This document shows, one piece after another, positions 41,922 to 50,782 of a stretch of DNA of 64,000 nucleotides; position 1 is the first letter of the stretch, and every line of letters starts with the position of its first letter. Both the position numbers and the translations under genes were made by a program. This stretch comes from Candidatus Omnitrophota bacterium (GTDB taxonomy: Bacteria > Omnitrophota > Gorgyraeia > Zapsychrales > Fredricksoniimonadaceae), in NCBI GenBank assembly GCA_030650275.1, contig JAUSEK010000011.1:9890-73889 (forward strand), read 5' to 3'. A model generated the notes under the pieces. It saw only the letters and a program-made list of their open reading frames with translations, was not told the origin of the DNA and ran no database searches.

Positions 41922-42960
41922 AAAAGCCGCCGAGGCCATTTTCAACGAACTTCAACGAACGCCCCACCATGTCCGCATCGCGGACGCCCTGGATTATACC
42001 CATCCATTCTTTAAAAAGTCCTACGTATTTGCCTATGTTTTCTTGGTGACAAAACTTCCGTGGCTGTGGCAATTCTTTTTCGGACTGCTGGACATCCCGG
42101 CGCTGTGGCCTTTGGTGCGTTGGGTGCGGCGCGTTTATAATGGGACCAATGCCGGGGCCCTGGAAAAATTTCTAACCACCGAACAGTTTGACGTCATCAT
42201 CTGCACGCATTTTTTGGCCGCCGAGGTCCTGGCCTATTTGAAACGCGCGGGGCGCATCCGCGCCAGGGTGATCTGTGCGGTCACGGATTTTGACGTGCAC
42301 CGCATCTGGGTCAATGAAGGCATTGACGTTTATGCCGTGGCCTGCGACTACACCAGGGACAAAATGCTGGCCTTAGGCGTGCCTGCCACGAAAATATCCG
42401 TCACCGGCATTCCCATTGACGGGAAATTTTCTGAATCTTACGACATCGGCGCGTTGCAACGGAAATTGGGACTGCGGGAAGGGCTTTTGACCATACTGAT
42501 CGCCACCGGTTCTTTCGGCATGGGGCCCATCGCCGCGTTGATCGGGCTTTTAAAGGACCATCAACTCATTGTTGTCTGCGGGCACAATAAAATTTTGTTT
42601 GAGGATTTAAAGGGCAGGGCCGGCAAGGACACGCATGTGATGGGTTTGGTGGACAATATGCCGGAATTGATGGCTGTTGCCGACGTCCTGGTGACCAAGC
42701 CCGGCGGGCTTTCCATTGCCGAGGCCCTGGCTAGAAAGTTGCCGATGATCTTTTTCAGCGCCATCCCGGGCCAGGAAACCGGCAATATCCGCGTGCTTAA
42801 GACCTATGGCGTGGGCAGGGGCCAATGTGCTCCCCAAGAGATCGTCCGCATCATTGATGACTGGAGCTCTTCGCCGCGGATCTTGCGGCGCCTGAAAGAC
42901 GATCTTGCCATCCTTTCCAAACCCAACGCGGCCGCTGATATTGTCCGTCTCATAACCTAA
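41875..42960 (+). CDS. MGDG synthase/UgtP-like glycosyltransferase (GT28)
   Basis: AGAGH.KAA, CTHF, TDF.VH..W, TGIPI, TKPGG.S..EA, IPGQE. Confidence 0.9.
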   Translation: MMNILVIHATAGAGHKKAAEAIFNELQRTPHHVRIADALDYTHPFFKKSYVFAYVFLVTKLPWLWQFFFGLLDIPALWPLVRWVRRVYNGTNAGALEKFLTTEQFDVIICTHFLAAEVLAYLKRAGRIRARVICAVTDFDVHRIWVNEGIDVYAVACDYTRDKMLALGVPATKISVTGIPIDGKFSESYDIGALQRKLGLREGLLTILIATGSFGMGPIAALIGLLKDHQLIVVCGHNKILFEDLKGRAGKDTHVMGLVDNMPELMAVADVLVTKPGGLSIAEALARKLPMIFFSAIPGQETGNIRVLKTYGVGRGQCAPQEIVRIIDDWSSSPRILRRLKDDLAILSKPNAAADIVRLIT

Positions 42961-43029
42961 AGGTCAAACGCCATAGATATGGCTATTTAGCAAAGATGGA
43001 AAGGACGCACGGGGCCTTTGATATAATTC

Positions 43030-43058
43030 TTGACATCTTTCCCGTTTTGGTCTATTAT
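43030..43058 (+). promoter_or_regulatory. Sigma70 promoter of AbiE operon
   Basis: TTGACA-N17-TATTAT. Confidence 0.6.
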
Positions 43059-43083
43059 TCTAACAATTCACTTATTCTACAAT

Positions 43084-43710
43084 ATGGTTAAGAAACTAAA
43101 TCGTATACAAGTTCAAGAAAAGCTAAAAAACAGCGGCCTCGTGATTTTTACGCCCCGCGAGTTTTATGACGTCTTTGACGTCTCGCCAAAGACGGGGTCG
43201 GTTTTCATCTCCCGCAACATCAAGAGTGGGCTGTTCTTAAAGCTGCGTAATAATTATTATATACTCAAAGACAGCCATCCATCTCTTTATACGATTGCCA
43301 ATAAGCTTTATCAGCCTTCCTATATTTCCCTTGAATCGGCGCTTTCACATTACGGCATTATTCCCGAGGTCGTTTATGCTGTCACCTCGGTTACACCTAA
43401 GCCGACCCGCGAATTTAAAACACCCAAAGGAGTCTTTTCCTATCAACGGATTAAAAAAGGAATATTCACCGGGTACAGTCCGGTCACTCTGGAAGGCCAT
43501 GTGGTTTTATTGGCAGAGCCTGAAAAAGCCCTTGTCGATTATCTCTATTTTGTGGATCTTAAGAAAATATCGCTTAATGACCGCTTGGACCTTAAAAAGA
43601 TCAACAAAGGAAAGCTCTTGAAGTTTGTCCGGATTTTCAAACGCAAGGGTCTCCTCAAAAAAGTCACGGAAATTTATGCTGAGCAAAGAAAACCTAGAAA
43701 AATTTACTAA
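43084..43710 (+). CDS. abiEi: Type IV TA antitoxin, AbiEi family
   Basis: PSYISLESAL..YGIIPE, TSVT, AEPEKALVDY. Confidence 0.85.
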   Translation: MVKKLNRIQVQEKLKNSGLVIFTPREFYDVFDVSPKTGSVFISRNIKSGLFLKLRNNYYILKDSHPSLYTIANKLYQPSYISLESALSHYGIIPEVVYAVTSVTPKPTREFKTPKGVFSYQRIKKGIFTGYSPVTLEGHVVLLAEPEKALVDYLYFVDLKKISLNDRLDLKKINKGKLLKFVRIFKRKGLLKKVTEIYAEQRKPRKIY

Positions 43711-44398
43711 ACTTCAACAGACATCGACCCAGAACGTGGTGCGCGAATATTGTCAGCACCTCTTTTTGTCTTACCTTTATCAAAATCCCGGTTCAGAAAA
43801 GTTGCTTTTTAAGGGTGGGACGGCCTTGCGTATTATCCTAAAAAGTCCCCGCTTTTCAGAAGACCTGGATTTTACAGGGGCAGGTATTACTCATAAAGAA
43901 ATCGAGGAATTATTTACGAATACACTGGCTAATATAGAAAAGACCGGAATGCCCGTCCATGTCACGGAAGCCACAGGAACGACAGGCGGTTATCTGGGAA
44001 TTGCCATATTCGAGGCATATGACATGAAGATAAACGTTCAGATCGAAGTTTCGTTGAGAAGAGGTAAGGCATTTAAGAAGACAAGGGCCCTGATCACAAG
44101 CGGCTACATTCCGGCCTACACTCTTGTACATCTGGATCTGGATGACATTATCCTCGGCAAGCTTGATGCGCTGCTGGACAGACACAAGCCGCGCGATTTT
44201 TATGACTATTTCTTTCTTTTGTCCGGTGATTATCCTGCGGCAAGGACTAAAGAAAATTTAAAAAAGGTGCTGAAACTCCTGCAAAAAGAAAACACCAATT
44301 TTCAAACAGAGTTAAAGAAGTTTCTTCCCGCAAGCCACACCATGCACCTGCGGGATTTTAAGAAGGTGTTAGAAAAGAAAATTTTGGCGTACCTTTAA
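43676..44398 (+). CDS. abiEii: Type IV TA nucleotidyltransferase toxin, AbiEii family
   Basis: FKGGTALR, RFSEDLDF, K..AL..R.KPRDFYD. Confidence 0.9.
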   Translation: MLSKENLEKFTKLQQTSTQNVVREYCQHLFLSYLYQNPGSEKLLFKGGTALRIILKSPRFSEDLDFTGAGITHKEIEELFTNTLANIEKTGMPVHVTEATGTTGGYLGIAIFEAYDMKINVQIEVSLRRGKAFKKTRALITSGYIPAYTLVHLDLDDIILGKLDALLDRHKPRDFYDYFFLLSGDYPAARTKENLKKVLKLLQKENTNFQTELKKFLPASHTMHLRDFKKVLEKKILAYL

Positions 44399-44453
44399 GG
44401 AAAATTACTCAATTTACGGAGTAGAATGGTGAAAGAAGAGGAGGCTATTTTAC

Positions 44454-44678
44454 ATGCACGAAATGGCTTACAAAGTTAAAGCGGATTTTTTGAGAGTTTT
44501 GAGTCACCCTATTCGCTTGAGATTAATTGAAGAACTTAAAGCAGGTGAAAAAAGCGTGGGGTATCTTGTCGCTAAATTAAAGATCGGCCAGTCGAATATT
44601 TCCCGTCATCTTTTGGCTTTGCGCAATGCCGGAATATTATCTTCCCGACAGGAAAAGACATGTTTATCCTTGACATAA
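44454..44678 (+). pseudogene. ArsR/SmtB family HTH regulator, probably 3'-truncated
   Basis: L.HP.RL.I...L..GE.SV..L......QS.IS.HL..LR.AG; stops before the usual wing (VYY) and last helix. Confidence 0.65.
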
Positions 44679-44716
44679 ATATGGATTTTATTTTAGTATA
44701 CATATATTCGAATATA
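44670..44716 (+). promoter_or_regulatory. Promoter with 14-bp palindromic operator candidate
   Basis: TTGACA-N18-TAGTAT followed by perfect palindrome TATATTCGAATATA (44703-44716). Confidence 0.5.
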
Positions 44717-44730
44717 ATAAAGGAAGATAC

Positions 44731-46077
44731 TTGCGGAATCTCTTTCGTGGTCTCGGGATCTATTTAGCGTTTTTTCTTTTAACTTCCGTTTCATTTGCCG
44801 AGATTTCCCACAAAGAGTTTCTTTCCAGCAATTTCATCAAATCTTTCAAGAATCAAGAATACAAAAAAGCGCTTAAAGAAGCGAATGAACTTCTTAAAAC
44901 ACATCCCAACGATCCACTGATTCTCCGTTACCGTGCTCTCACTTTAGAAAAACTTCACCATCCTGCCGAAGCGATCAGCCTCTATCATGAGATTTTAGCG
45001 GCCCACCCTTACGATGAGCCCGCGCGTTTATTTTTAGGATTGGCGTATATTAAGGAAGGAGAAAATCACAAGGCGGCCGCAGAACTACATCAGGTGGTTA
45101 AGCATAGCACTCTTGCGGAATACCGGCATTGGGCGCAGGAACAATTAGACCGCCTGCATGCACATGAGGTTTCTCGCGGCAAATCCATCAAAAAGAAAGT
45201 TTATGTTGTGGGAAAAACCGGCGTTGTCTATGACAGCAATCCTTTGTTCACTCCCGATGATAAAGGTCTATCCTCGACTGAAAGAAACCCGGCGGCGCTT
45301 TATTTGTTTGAACTGAGTGCCGGATACCCTCTGCGGCTGGAAAGAGATGCCCGTGTAGATATTTTGTATATTGGCCAACAGTATTCTCATAGCCATGGCG
45401 CCCATCAGGTGGATTTTACTTCCAATGGTTTTGCTCTGGATTCCAAAAAGCGTACCTTTGCCGGAAAACGGCCATTCTTATTAGGCGGCCGTTATGATTT
45501 TCGCGCGAATTTTTTAAGAAGTGATCTGTTTTCTATTGTTAATCGATTTTTTGTCAGCGCCGACACTTCCTTTTGGCACAAGACATTGACGCATTTTTTC
45601 GCGCGTTTTGCCGTTTCCAATTACGGTCCCGATGGCGCGGATCCTGACCAATCTTCCCGTGACGGCATCCGCGAAGCCATCGGCATGACGCAATATTTTT
45701 ATACCAAAAGCCGCAAAACTTTTTTCTTTATCAAAGGGGAAGGTGATTTTAACCAAACCCGCGGAGAAAACTTTAACCGTCAAGGCGTCCTGGCAACCGT
45801 TGGTTTTCATACGCCGTTTTTGCGCTTGCACAAAACCGATTTGGACGTGTCCAGTTCTTTTAATTGGGGAGTCTATCCTGAGTTTACATCGCTGTCTTCG
45901 TTAGACCCGGAAGGGCGGCGCGATACAGGGTGGGATGTTTATGCCGGCGTGACGCGTCATTGGAAGCCAAATCTGGCAACGCGCGTTTTTTATCGTTTTA
46001 TTAATTCAGCAAATAGTAATGATTTATTGGATCACAGCCGCCATCTCGCGGGTGTAGAGGTGATTTTTTCATTTTGA
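44731..46077 (+). CDS. TPR plus outer-membrane beta-barrel protein (Slam/DUF560-like)
   Basis: Signal peptide, TPR-like helices, YDSN motif at barrel start, amphipathic strands, C-terminal Phe (VIFSF). Confidence 0.65.
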   Translation: MRNLFRGLGIYLAFFLLTSVSFAEISHKEFLSSNFIKSFKNQEYKKALKEANELLKTHPNDPLILRYRALTLEKLHHPAEAISLYHEILAAHPYDEPARLFLGLAYIKEGENHKAAAELHQVVKHSTLAEYRHWAQEQLDRLHAHEVSRGKSIKKKVYVVGKTGVVYDSNPLFTPDDKGLSSTERNPAALYLFELSAGYPLRLERDARVDILYIGQQYSHSHGAHQVDFTSNGFALDSKKRTFAGKRPFLLGGRYDFRANFLRSDLFSIVNRFFVSADTSFWHKTLTHFFARFAVSNYGPDGADPDQSSRDGIREAIGMTQYFYTKSRKTFFFIKGEGDFNQTRGENFNRQGVLATVGFHTPFLRLHKTDLDVSSSFNWGVYPEFTSLSSLDPEGRRDTGWDVYAGVTRHWKPNLATRVFYRFINSANSNDLLDHSRHLAGVEVIFSF

Positions 46078-46096
46078 AAGTTAAAGGGATAAAAAT

Positions 46097-47287
46097 ATGT
46101 ATAACAGGATAATAATTTTCTGTGGAATTTTGTTGTTGATGTCCGGGTTTGCTTCTTTGGCGCCAGGCGCCGACAGGAATGTGCCCATCGATCAGGCAGT
46201 GGGCGGCATGGAGCAAGGAAGCCGAATTCAATCACCGGGAAGTTATAGCAATAAAGGCGTCACTTCAAGCAACCAGGGCGGCACGACAGGTTCTATAACC
46301 GATCGCCATACAGTTTTTCAGGAATCTGAAAAAGTGACAACGGCAGACCACCAAGGTAAAAATATTTCCGGCGGTGGAAACCACGGGGTCCTTTATCAGG
46401 CCGGACGTGAACAAACAAATGATCCCTCAACTGCCGGCACTCCAACGGTACCCTCAGGACAGGCGGGTGTAGAAACTCAAGAAGGTAATGGTGGAATTCT
46501 AGTCGGCGGGGAAACGTCTCCAACAGGTCAAGTCGAAACCGGAGAAATCAGTACAGGGATTGAGAGCCCGGAAACCGCGCCCGAAGAATCATCAAGCGAT
46601 CCAAGCAATCCCATTGTCGGAGTTGATGCCGAGGTAAGTCCTGAGTCCGGAACGGTTGAAGCTGATACAGCAATTGATACCAGCGGTGAACTGGAAGAGA
46701 GGCAGATTCTCGATGCCGATCTGACGGGAGAAACAACGGGTTCGGTAGGGGCGGAAGTCGGCAGCGCGACCGACATTACTGCGGCAGATCTCGTTGAAGA
46801 ATCAGACATAACGACTCAACTGGTTACCGAGACCATAGGGCAACTTGATGTCGGACAAACAAGTGGTTCAGGGACAACAGGCATGGAGGAATCACCGGGC
46901 ACTTCGGGTGACCCAATTGTTGATCTTGATACCAATATCAATCCGGAGTCAGGCACTACCGATGCCAGTTTTGATTTAGATACCCGTGGTGAACTTGAAG
47001 ATACGCAAATTTTGGAATTAGATTTGGCAGCAGAGGATGTAACTTCTATTGATACCGATCTGGGAAGCGCCTCAGGACTCACTGAATCAGAAACGGTTGG
47101 GAGTTTGGACGTAACGACCGAGACCGTGGAAAGCCTTATTCCCGCTCCTGCGGATTTGGTCGCGGAGATCGACACAACAGGGCAGACGGTCGGAGCAGAA
47201 GTAGATACTGGAATAGCGGCTGATGTGGAAGGGATGAGCGAGGGTGAAGATGTCGTCAGCGACCCGGCCGATGGGCTTGGCCTTTAG
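46097..47287 (+). CDS. Secreted, very acidic T/S/G/D/E-rich protein with internal ~101-aa duplication
   Basis: Signal peptide; PIV.....PESGT......DT.GELE..QIL repeated at 46610 and 46913. Confidence 0.75.
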   Translation: MYNRIIIFCGILLLMSGFASLAPGADRNVPIDQAVGGMEQGSRIQSPGSYSNKGVTSSNQGGTTGSITDRHTVFQESEKVTTADHQGKNISGGGNHGVLYQAGREQTNDPSTAGTPTVPSGQAGVETQEGNGGILVGGETSPTGQVETGEISTGIESPETAPEESSSDPSNPIVGVDAEVSPESGTVEADTAIDTSGELEERQILDADLTGETTGSVGAEVGSATDITAADLVEESDITTQLVTETIGQLDVGQTSGSGTTGMEESPGTSGDPIVDLDTNINPESGTTDASFDLDTRGELEDTQILELDLAAEDVTSIDTDLGSASGLTESETVGSLDVTTETVESLIPAPADLVAEIDTTGQTVGAEVDTGIAADVEGMSEGEDVVSDPADGLGL

Positions 47288-47317
47288 CCTATGCCAGCAC
47301 TGTGCTAGTCGAGACCT

Positions 47318-47345
47318 CTTATAACCTGAAGGTCAGGGGTTCAAA
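47318..47345 (+). other. tRNA-Met(CAT)-like fragment (possible att scar)
   Basis: CTtATAACCTGAAGGTCAGGGGTTCAAA resembles anticodon loop to T loop of initiator tRNA; no acceptor stem or D arm. Confidence 0.5.
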
Positions 47346-47409
47346 ATAATTGACTTTGATTGTTTTTGTTGTAGGATAACATCATATTGATGTTGCACAA
47401 GTCCCTATC

Positions 47410-47460
47410 AAACCTTCGCAGGGCTGAGAGTTTTTCAGCAGGGCGAGGGTTTTTTATTTT
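47410..47460 (+). terminator. Terminator-like hairpin in ssb leader
   Basis: AAACCTTCGC..GCTGA/TCAGC..GCGAGGGTTT followed by T-tract, just before SD. Confidence 0.5.
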
Positions 47461-47479
47461 ATTAACGAAAGGACTACAT

Positions 47480-47905
47480 ATGAGTTTAAACAGCGTAAAC
47501 ATCATGGGCAATTTGACGCGGGACCCGGAGATGAAATACATCCCCTCGGGAAAAGCGGTGTGCGGCCTCTCCATCGCCAACAATCGCGTGTACACCAAAA
47601 ACGGCGAGAAAGTGACCGAAGTTTCCTATTTTGATGTTGATGTGTGGGGCCCTGCGGCGGAGAATTGCTCCAAATATTTGACCAAGGGAAGCGGTATTAT
47701 TGTGGAAGGCCGCCTGCGGCAAGACCGCTGGGAGAAGGAAGGCAAGACCCAGAGCCGCGTGCGGATCACAGCGAACGCCGTTCATTTTCTGTCCAAGAAG
47801 CAAAACAATACCGCGGGGCCGGACCCGGCCGCGTCCCCCGATAGGCCTGCTGAAACCCAAACGGCCGGAGTCACATCTCCGGAAGACATTGCGTGGCAGG
47901 AGTAG
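47480..47905 (+). CDS. ssb: Single-stranded DNA-binding protein
   Basis: N.V.IMGNLTRDPE, WG..AE....YLTKG....VEGRL, acidic tail. Confidence 0.96.
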   Translation: MSLNSVNIMGNLTRDPEMKYIPSGKAVCGLSIANNRVYTKNGEKVTEVSYFDVDVWGPAAENCSKYLTKGSGIIVEGRLRQDRWEKEGKTQSRVRITANAVHFLSKKQNNTAGPDPAASPDRPAETQTAGVTSPEDIAWQE

Positions 47906-47995
47906 AGGTGTGAATCCAAGAAAGTAACAGTAGTGGTGAATGCGAGGTTTAGTATTGAGTGATCATAGTTAGAAATTTGGGTTATATATAATTGA

Positions 47996-49813
47996 ATGGC
48001 CCCTCATAAAATGATCGCCCAAGTCGTTTTTGACCTGCCCCTGGAAGGGCCGTTCGATTATGCCGTGCCGCCTGAATTTGAGGCAGGCATTGCCGTCGGT
48101 CAAAGGGTGTCGGTGGTTTTGGGACACGCGTCCAGCATCGGGTATGTGGCAGGGTTGGCGGACACCAGCGCCATTAAGAATTTAAAACCCATCCGCGCTA
48201 TTTTGGACGTTTCTCCCGTCATTGATGACCCTTTGCAACAGTTGGCCAGGCGTATGGAGGCCGCGTACGGGTGTTCGTTGGGCCAGGCCATCGGGCTTAT
48301 GGTGCCGCGCTTGTTACGGGCCGGGCGCAGGATGGAAAAGGTGTGGCCAGGGCATGTTCTGGATCCCCGACAAAAACTTTCGGGAATGACAAGTGGGGAT
48401 GACAGTTTTTGGATAGATTCCGTCCACAAGACATTGGACCAGAAACGGACGGCTATCGTTCTGGCGCCGGATGTTTTTGCCATGGAGCGGCTGCATCCGT
48501 TGCTGCAGACAGCGTTCGTCGGCGTTCCAATTCTTTTCCATCAGCCGCGCACACCTAAAGAAGAACTGGACCAGTGGACAAGAACGCGGTCAGGGGAATT
48601 CAGGATCGTCGTGGGAACAAGGTCTGCTGTTTTTACTCCTTTGCTGGACATGGGGTTGGTCGTCATGACCGACGAGGGCGATCCTTCGTACCGCGAAGAA
48701 CAAACACCTTTTTACGAAGCCCGGGATGTGGCCTTGATGCGCGCGCAAATCGAAGGGGCACAGGTGGTCGCCACAGGGCCGACCCCGTCGGTGGAGATTT
48801 GGCATGCCTTGGGCGCCGGGACACCGGCTGCTGCCGCGTCCGGCGCTGAAATACAGATCGTGGACCTCTCCAATTATAAGTATCTGGAGAAAGGAATGAT
48901 CTCCCTTGTCCTGCGCAGCCGTTTGGAGGAGGCGTTGAACGCAAAAGCTCAAAGCGTTCTGGTCCTCAACCGCCGCGGGCTTTATGCCGTGACCCGATGC
49001 ATGGAATGCGCCCTGGTCCTGTCCTGTCCGCGTTGTTCATCGGCCATGACCTTCTCACGCGCAGGCAAACAATACGTCTGTCCCCATTGCCCATCGGTCA
49101 TGCCGCCGGACACGCCTTGCCCCAAATGTCAAAAGCCGAATTGGAGGTCTTTCGGAATGGGTGTTGAGAAAATACAAAGTGAATTGAATATCCTGTTCCC
49201 CCAGGCAAAGGTGGTGACCTTTGAGCGGGGGGATTCGGACCTGCCGGACGGGGACATTTTGATCGCCACCCAGGCCGTCCTGCGTTTTAAGGACCGCTTG
49301 AAACCGCGCCTCGCGGCCCTGGTGGATATGGACAGCGAATTGAACCGCTTGGACATGCGTTCTTCCTATCGGTCCTGGGCCTTGGCCGTGCATTTAAGGG
49401 CCATGGCGCAAAAAACGCTCATCGTGCAGACGCGCAACAGCACACATCATGTGTTAAGGGCTCTGGCCGCGGATGATGCCCGTATTTTTTACGACGAGGA
49501 AATACGTTTGAGGAAAGAACTGGGTTTTTCGCCTTTTGCCCATTGGGCGGCCGTGACCGTGCGCGCCAGGCAGGAAAAATCCGCCATGAGTTTTGCGCGG
49601 GATGTGTATAATGTTCTCGTTGCTGTTTCAGGGCAGGGGATGCAGATCTTGGAACCAGGGCCCGGCATCCCGGCGAAAATGCGCGGCCAGTACCGCTTTA
49701 AGGTTTTGGTGCAAGGCCCGCGCGCCGAAGATATCACGGCTGTTATTAAAGCGGCTTTGGCCAAGGTCAAACGCAGCGGCCGTTTGATCGTGACCGTCGA
49801 GGTGGACCCATGA
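47996..49813 (+). CDS. priA: Primosomal protein N' (degenerate helicase motifs; start may be 48011)
   Basis: FDY.VP..GQRV.V, VGTRSAVF.P, LNRRG, four CxxC pairs, G.G.EK, C-terminal VDP. Confidence 0.88.
   Translation: MAPHKMIAQVVFDLPLEGPFDYAVPPEFEAGIAVGQRVSVVLGHASSIGYVAGLADTSAIKNLKPIRAILDVSPVIDDPLQQLARRMEAAYGCSLGQAIGLMVPRLLRAGRRMEKVWPGHVLDPRQKLSGMTSGDDSFWIDSVHKTLDQKRTAIVLAPDVFAMERLHPLLQTAFVGVPILFHQPRTPKEELDQWTRTRSGEFRIVVGTRSAVFTPLLDMGLVVMTDEGDPSYREEQTPFYEARDVALMRAQIEGAQVVATGPTPSVEIWHALGAGTPAAAASGAEIQIVDLSNYKYLEKGMISLVLRSRLEEALNAKAQSVLVLNRRGLYAVTRCMECALVLSCPRCSSAMTFSRAGKQYVCPHCPSVMPPDTPCPKCQKPNWRSFGMGVEKIQSELNILFPQAKVVTFERGDSDLPDGDILIATQAVLRFKDRLKPRLAALVDMDSELNRLDMRSSYRSWALAVHLRAMAQKTLIVQTRNSTHHVLRALAADDARIFYDEEIRLRKELGFSPFAHWAAVTVRARQEKSAMSFARDVYNVLVAVSGQGMQILEPGPGIPAKMRGQYRFKVLVQGPRAEDITAVIKAALAKVKRSGRLIVTVEVDP
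48359..48390. repeat. REP/dRS3-like palindrome in frame inside priA
   Basis: CTGGATCCCCGACAAAAACTTTCGGGAATGAC, followed by a partial duplicate GGGGATGACA. Confidence 0.6.
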
Positions 49814-50742
49814 ACATTGTTTTTTTTGGCAGCGGTGATTTCGCGGCCACGCATTTGAACCGTTTGCTGGCATCCGGCCATCGTGTCGCCGGATGCGTGA
49901 CCAAGGTGGATAAACCGCAGGGCCGCGGCCTGCGCATGGTCCTTTCACCGGTCAAAGAGATCGCTTTGGCCAACGGCATTGCGCATCTTGCGCCGGAAAC
50001 ATTCAAAGACCCGTCGGTGATCGAGCGCCTAAAGGCATTCACAGCGGATCTTTTCGTGGTGGTCGCCTATGGCAAGATCCTGACGCCGCAAATTTTGTCT
50101 ATCCCAAAAATATTTTGCGTGAACGTGCACGGGTCGCTCTTGCCCAAATACCGCGGGGCAGCGCCTATCAACTGGGCCATTGTCAACGGCGAACAGAAAA
50201 CCGGTGTTACGGTCATGAAAATGACCGTGCCCATGGACGCGGGGGACGTGATCGCCCAGGAAATGATGGACATAGGGCCGCAGATGACGTCTGTTGAATT
50301 GCGCGCGGCCATGGCCCGGCGCGGGGCGGAACTTTTAGTCAAAACGCTGGATGCCATCGCGCAGGGAAAACATCAACTGACGCCCCAAGACCACGCGCAG
50401 GCGACGTTCGCGCCAAAATTGACAAAAGAGATGGGGAAAATTACCTGGTCGAGGACGGCCGCGGATATTGACCATCAGATCCGCGGCCTTCAGCCCTGGC
50501 CCGGGGCGTATGCGTTTCATCATGGAAAAACGGTGAAGATACTGAAAGCAGTGCCAGGCGCGTCATCGGCGCAAAAGGCCCAGCCGGGACAGGTTTTGTC
50601 TGTGGACAAAACAGGAATTACCGTCGCGTGCGGGCAAGGAGCGCTCGTTCTTAAGGAAGTCCTTCCCGAGGCCGGCAAACCCATGCCTGCCGCTGCCTTT
50701 GCCGCCGGTCACAGGATCGCGGCGGGTACAATTTTAAACTAA
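49810..50742 (+). CDS. fmt: Methionyl-tRNA formyltransferase
   Basis: DKPQGRG, VVAYG, NVHGSLLPKYRGAAPI, MDAGD, PWPGA. Confidence 0.97.
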   Translation: MNIVFFGSGDFAATHLNRLLASGHRVAGCVTKVDKPQGRGLRMVLSPVKEIALANGIAHLAPETFKDPSVIERLKAFTADLFVVVAYGKILTPQILSIPKIFCVNVHGSLLPKYRGAAPINWAIVNGEQKTGVTVMKMTVPMDAGDVIAQEMMDIGPQMTSVELRAAMARRGAELLVKTLDAIAQGKHQLTPQDHAQATFAPKLTKEMGKITWSRTAADIDHQIRGLQPWPGAYAFHHGKTVKILKAVPGASSAQKAQPGQVLSVDKTGITVACGQGALVLKEVLPEAGKPMPAAAFAAGHRIAAGTILN

Positions 50743-50782
50743 TTCATCCGGCCGTATTTGGCCTTGTGTTATAATTTGCCCT

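Noticed and set aside
47290-47360. Intact tRNA gene
   Set aside because: No acceptor stem, D arm, 3' T-stem strand or CCA; kept only as a fragment
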